Positions 63,901-64,000 of a stretch of 64,000 nt of DNA are shown piece after piece. This DNA comes from Epiperipatus broadwayi. Its lineage: Eukaryota; Animalia; Onychophora. The translations under genes and the position numbers were made by a program. Positions within the stretch are counted from its first letter, which is position 1, and every line of letters starts with the position of its first letter. Where the stretch lies: assembly GCA_028023455.1 (NCBI GenBank), contig JAQFVV010000003.1, positions 28,086,001 through 28,150,000 of the forward strand, written 5' to 3'. The notes under the pieces are model-generated. The model made no database searches, was not told the origin of the DNA, and was given only the letters and a program-made list of their open reading frames with translations.

Positions 63901-64000
63901 ATGAATTATTAAAGTGAAACCAAAAGTGACAGTGTTTAAAAAAAACATGAAGAAATTTTTACACAAACTAAAGTTTGAATTCAGTTTTTTTTATGCCATG

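Noticed and set aside
1-64000. Most short ORFs in the six-frame track, and CRISPR or prokaryotic features
   Set aside because: The ORFs are low-complexity chance frames or antisense shadows of TE ORFs. There are no regularly spaced repeats with unique spacers, and the sequence is eukaryotic.

Overview
AT-rich eukaryotic (probably invertebrate animal) DNA made almost entirely of decayed mobile elements. These are Ty3/Gypsy LTR retrotransposons, Penelope-like elements (PLEs), RTE-type LINEs, a hAT transposon and MITE, and two pogo/Tigger-like elements. One clear host exon is present (TIMMDC1/140up, 9091-9256, +). The main signal is a hammerhead-ribozyme (HHR) retroelement system. A non-coding ~453-bp tandem monomer with a minimal type I HHR (retrozyme-like) occurs in two independent cassettes, one of them inserted into a PLE ORF with a 13-bp target-site duplication (TSD). 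Seven insertions share one architecture: TSD, two arms joined 5'-to-5' as a fold-back, a 30-52 nt tail on one arm only, then the TSD again. They are at 4871-6515, 15767-21006, 18119-18981, 28479-28769, 31491-31671, 32098-32964 and 55069-56786. Four distinct HHR families are visible. All alignments and structures were read by eye; family names come from recalled motifs, not database searches.
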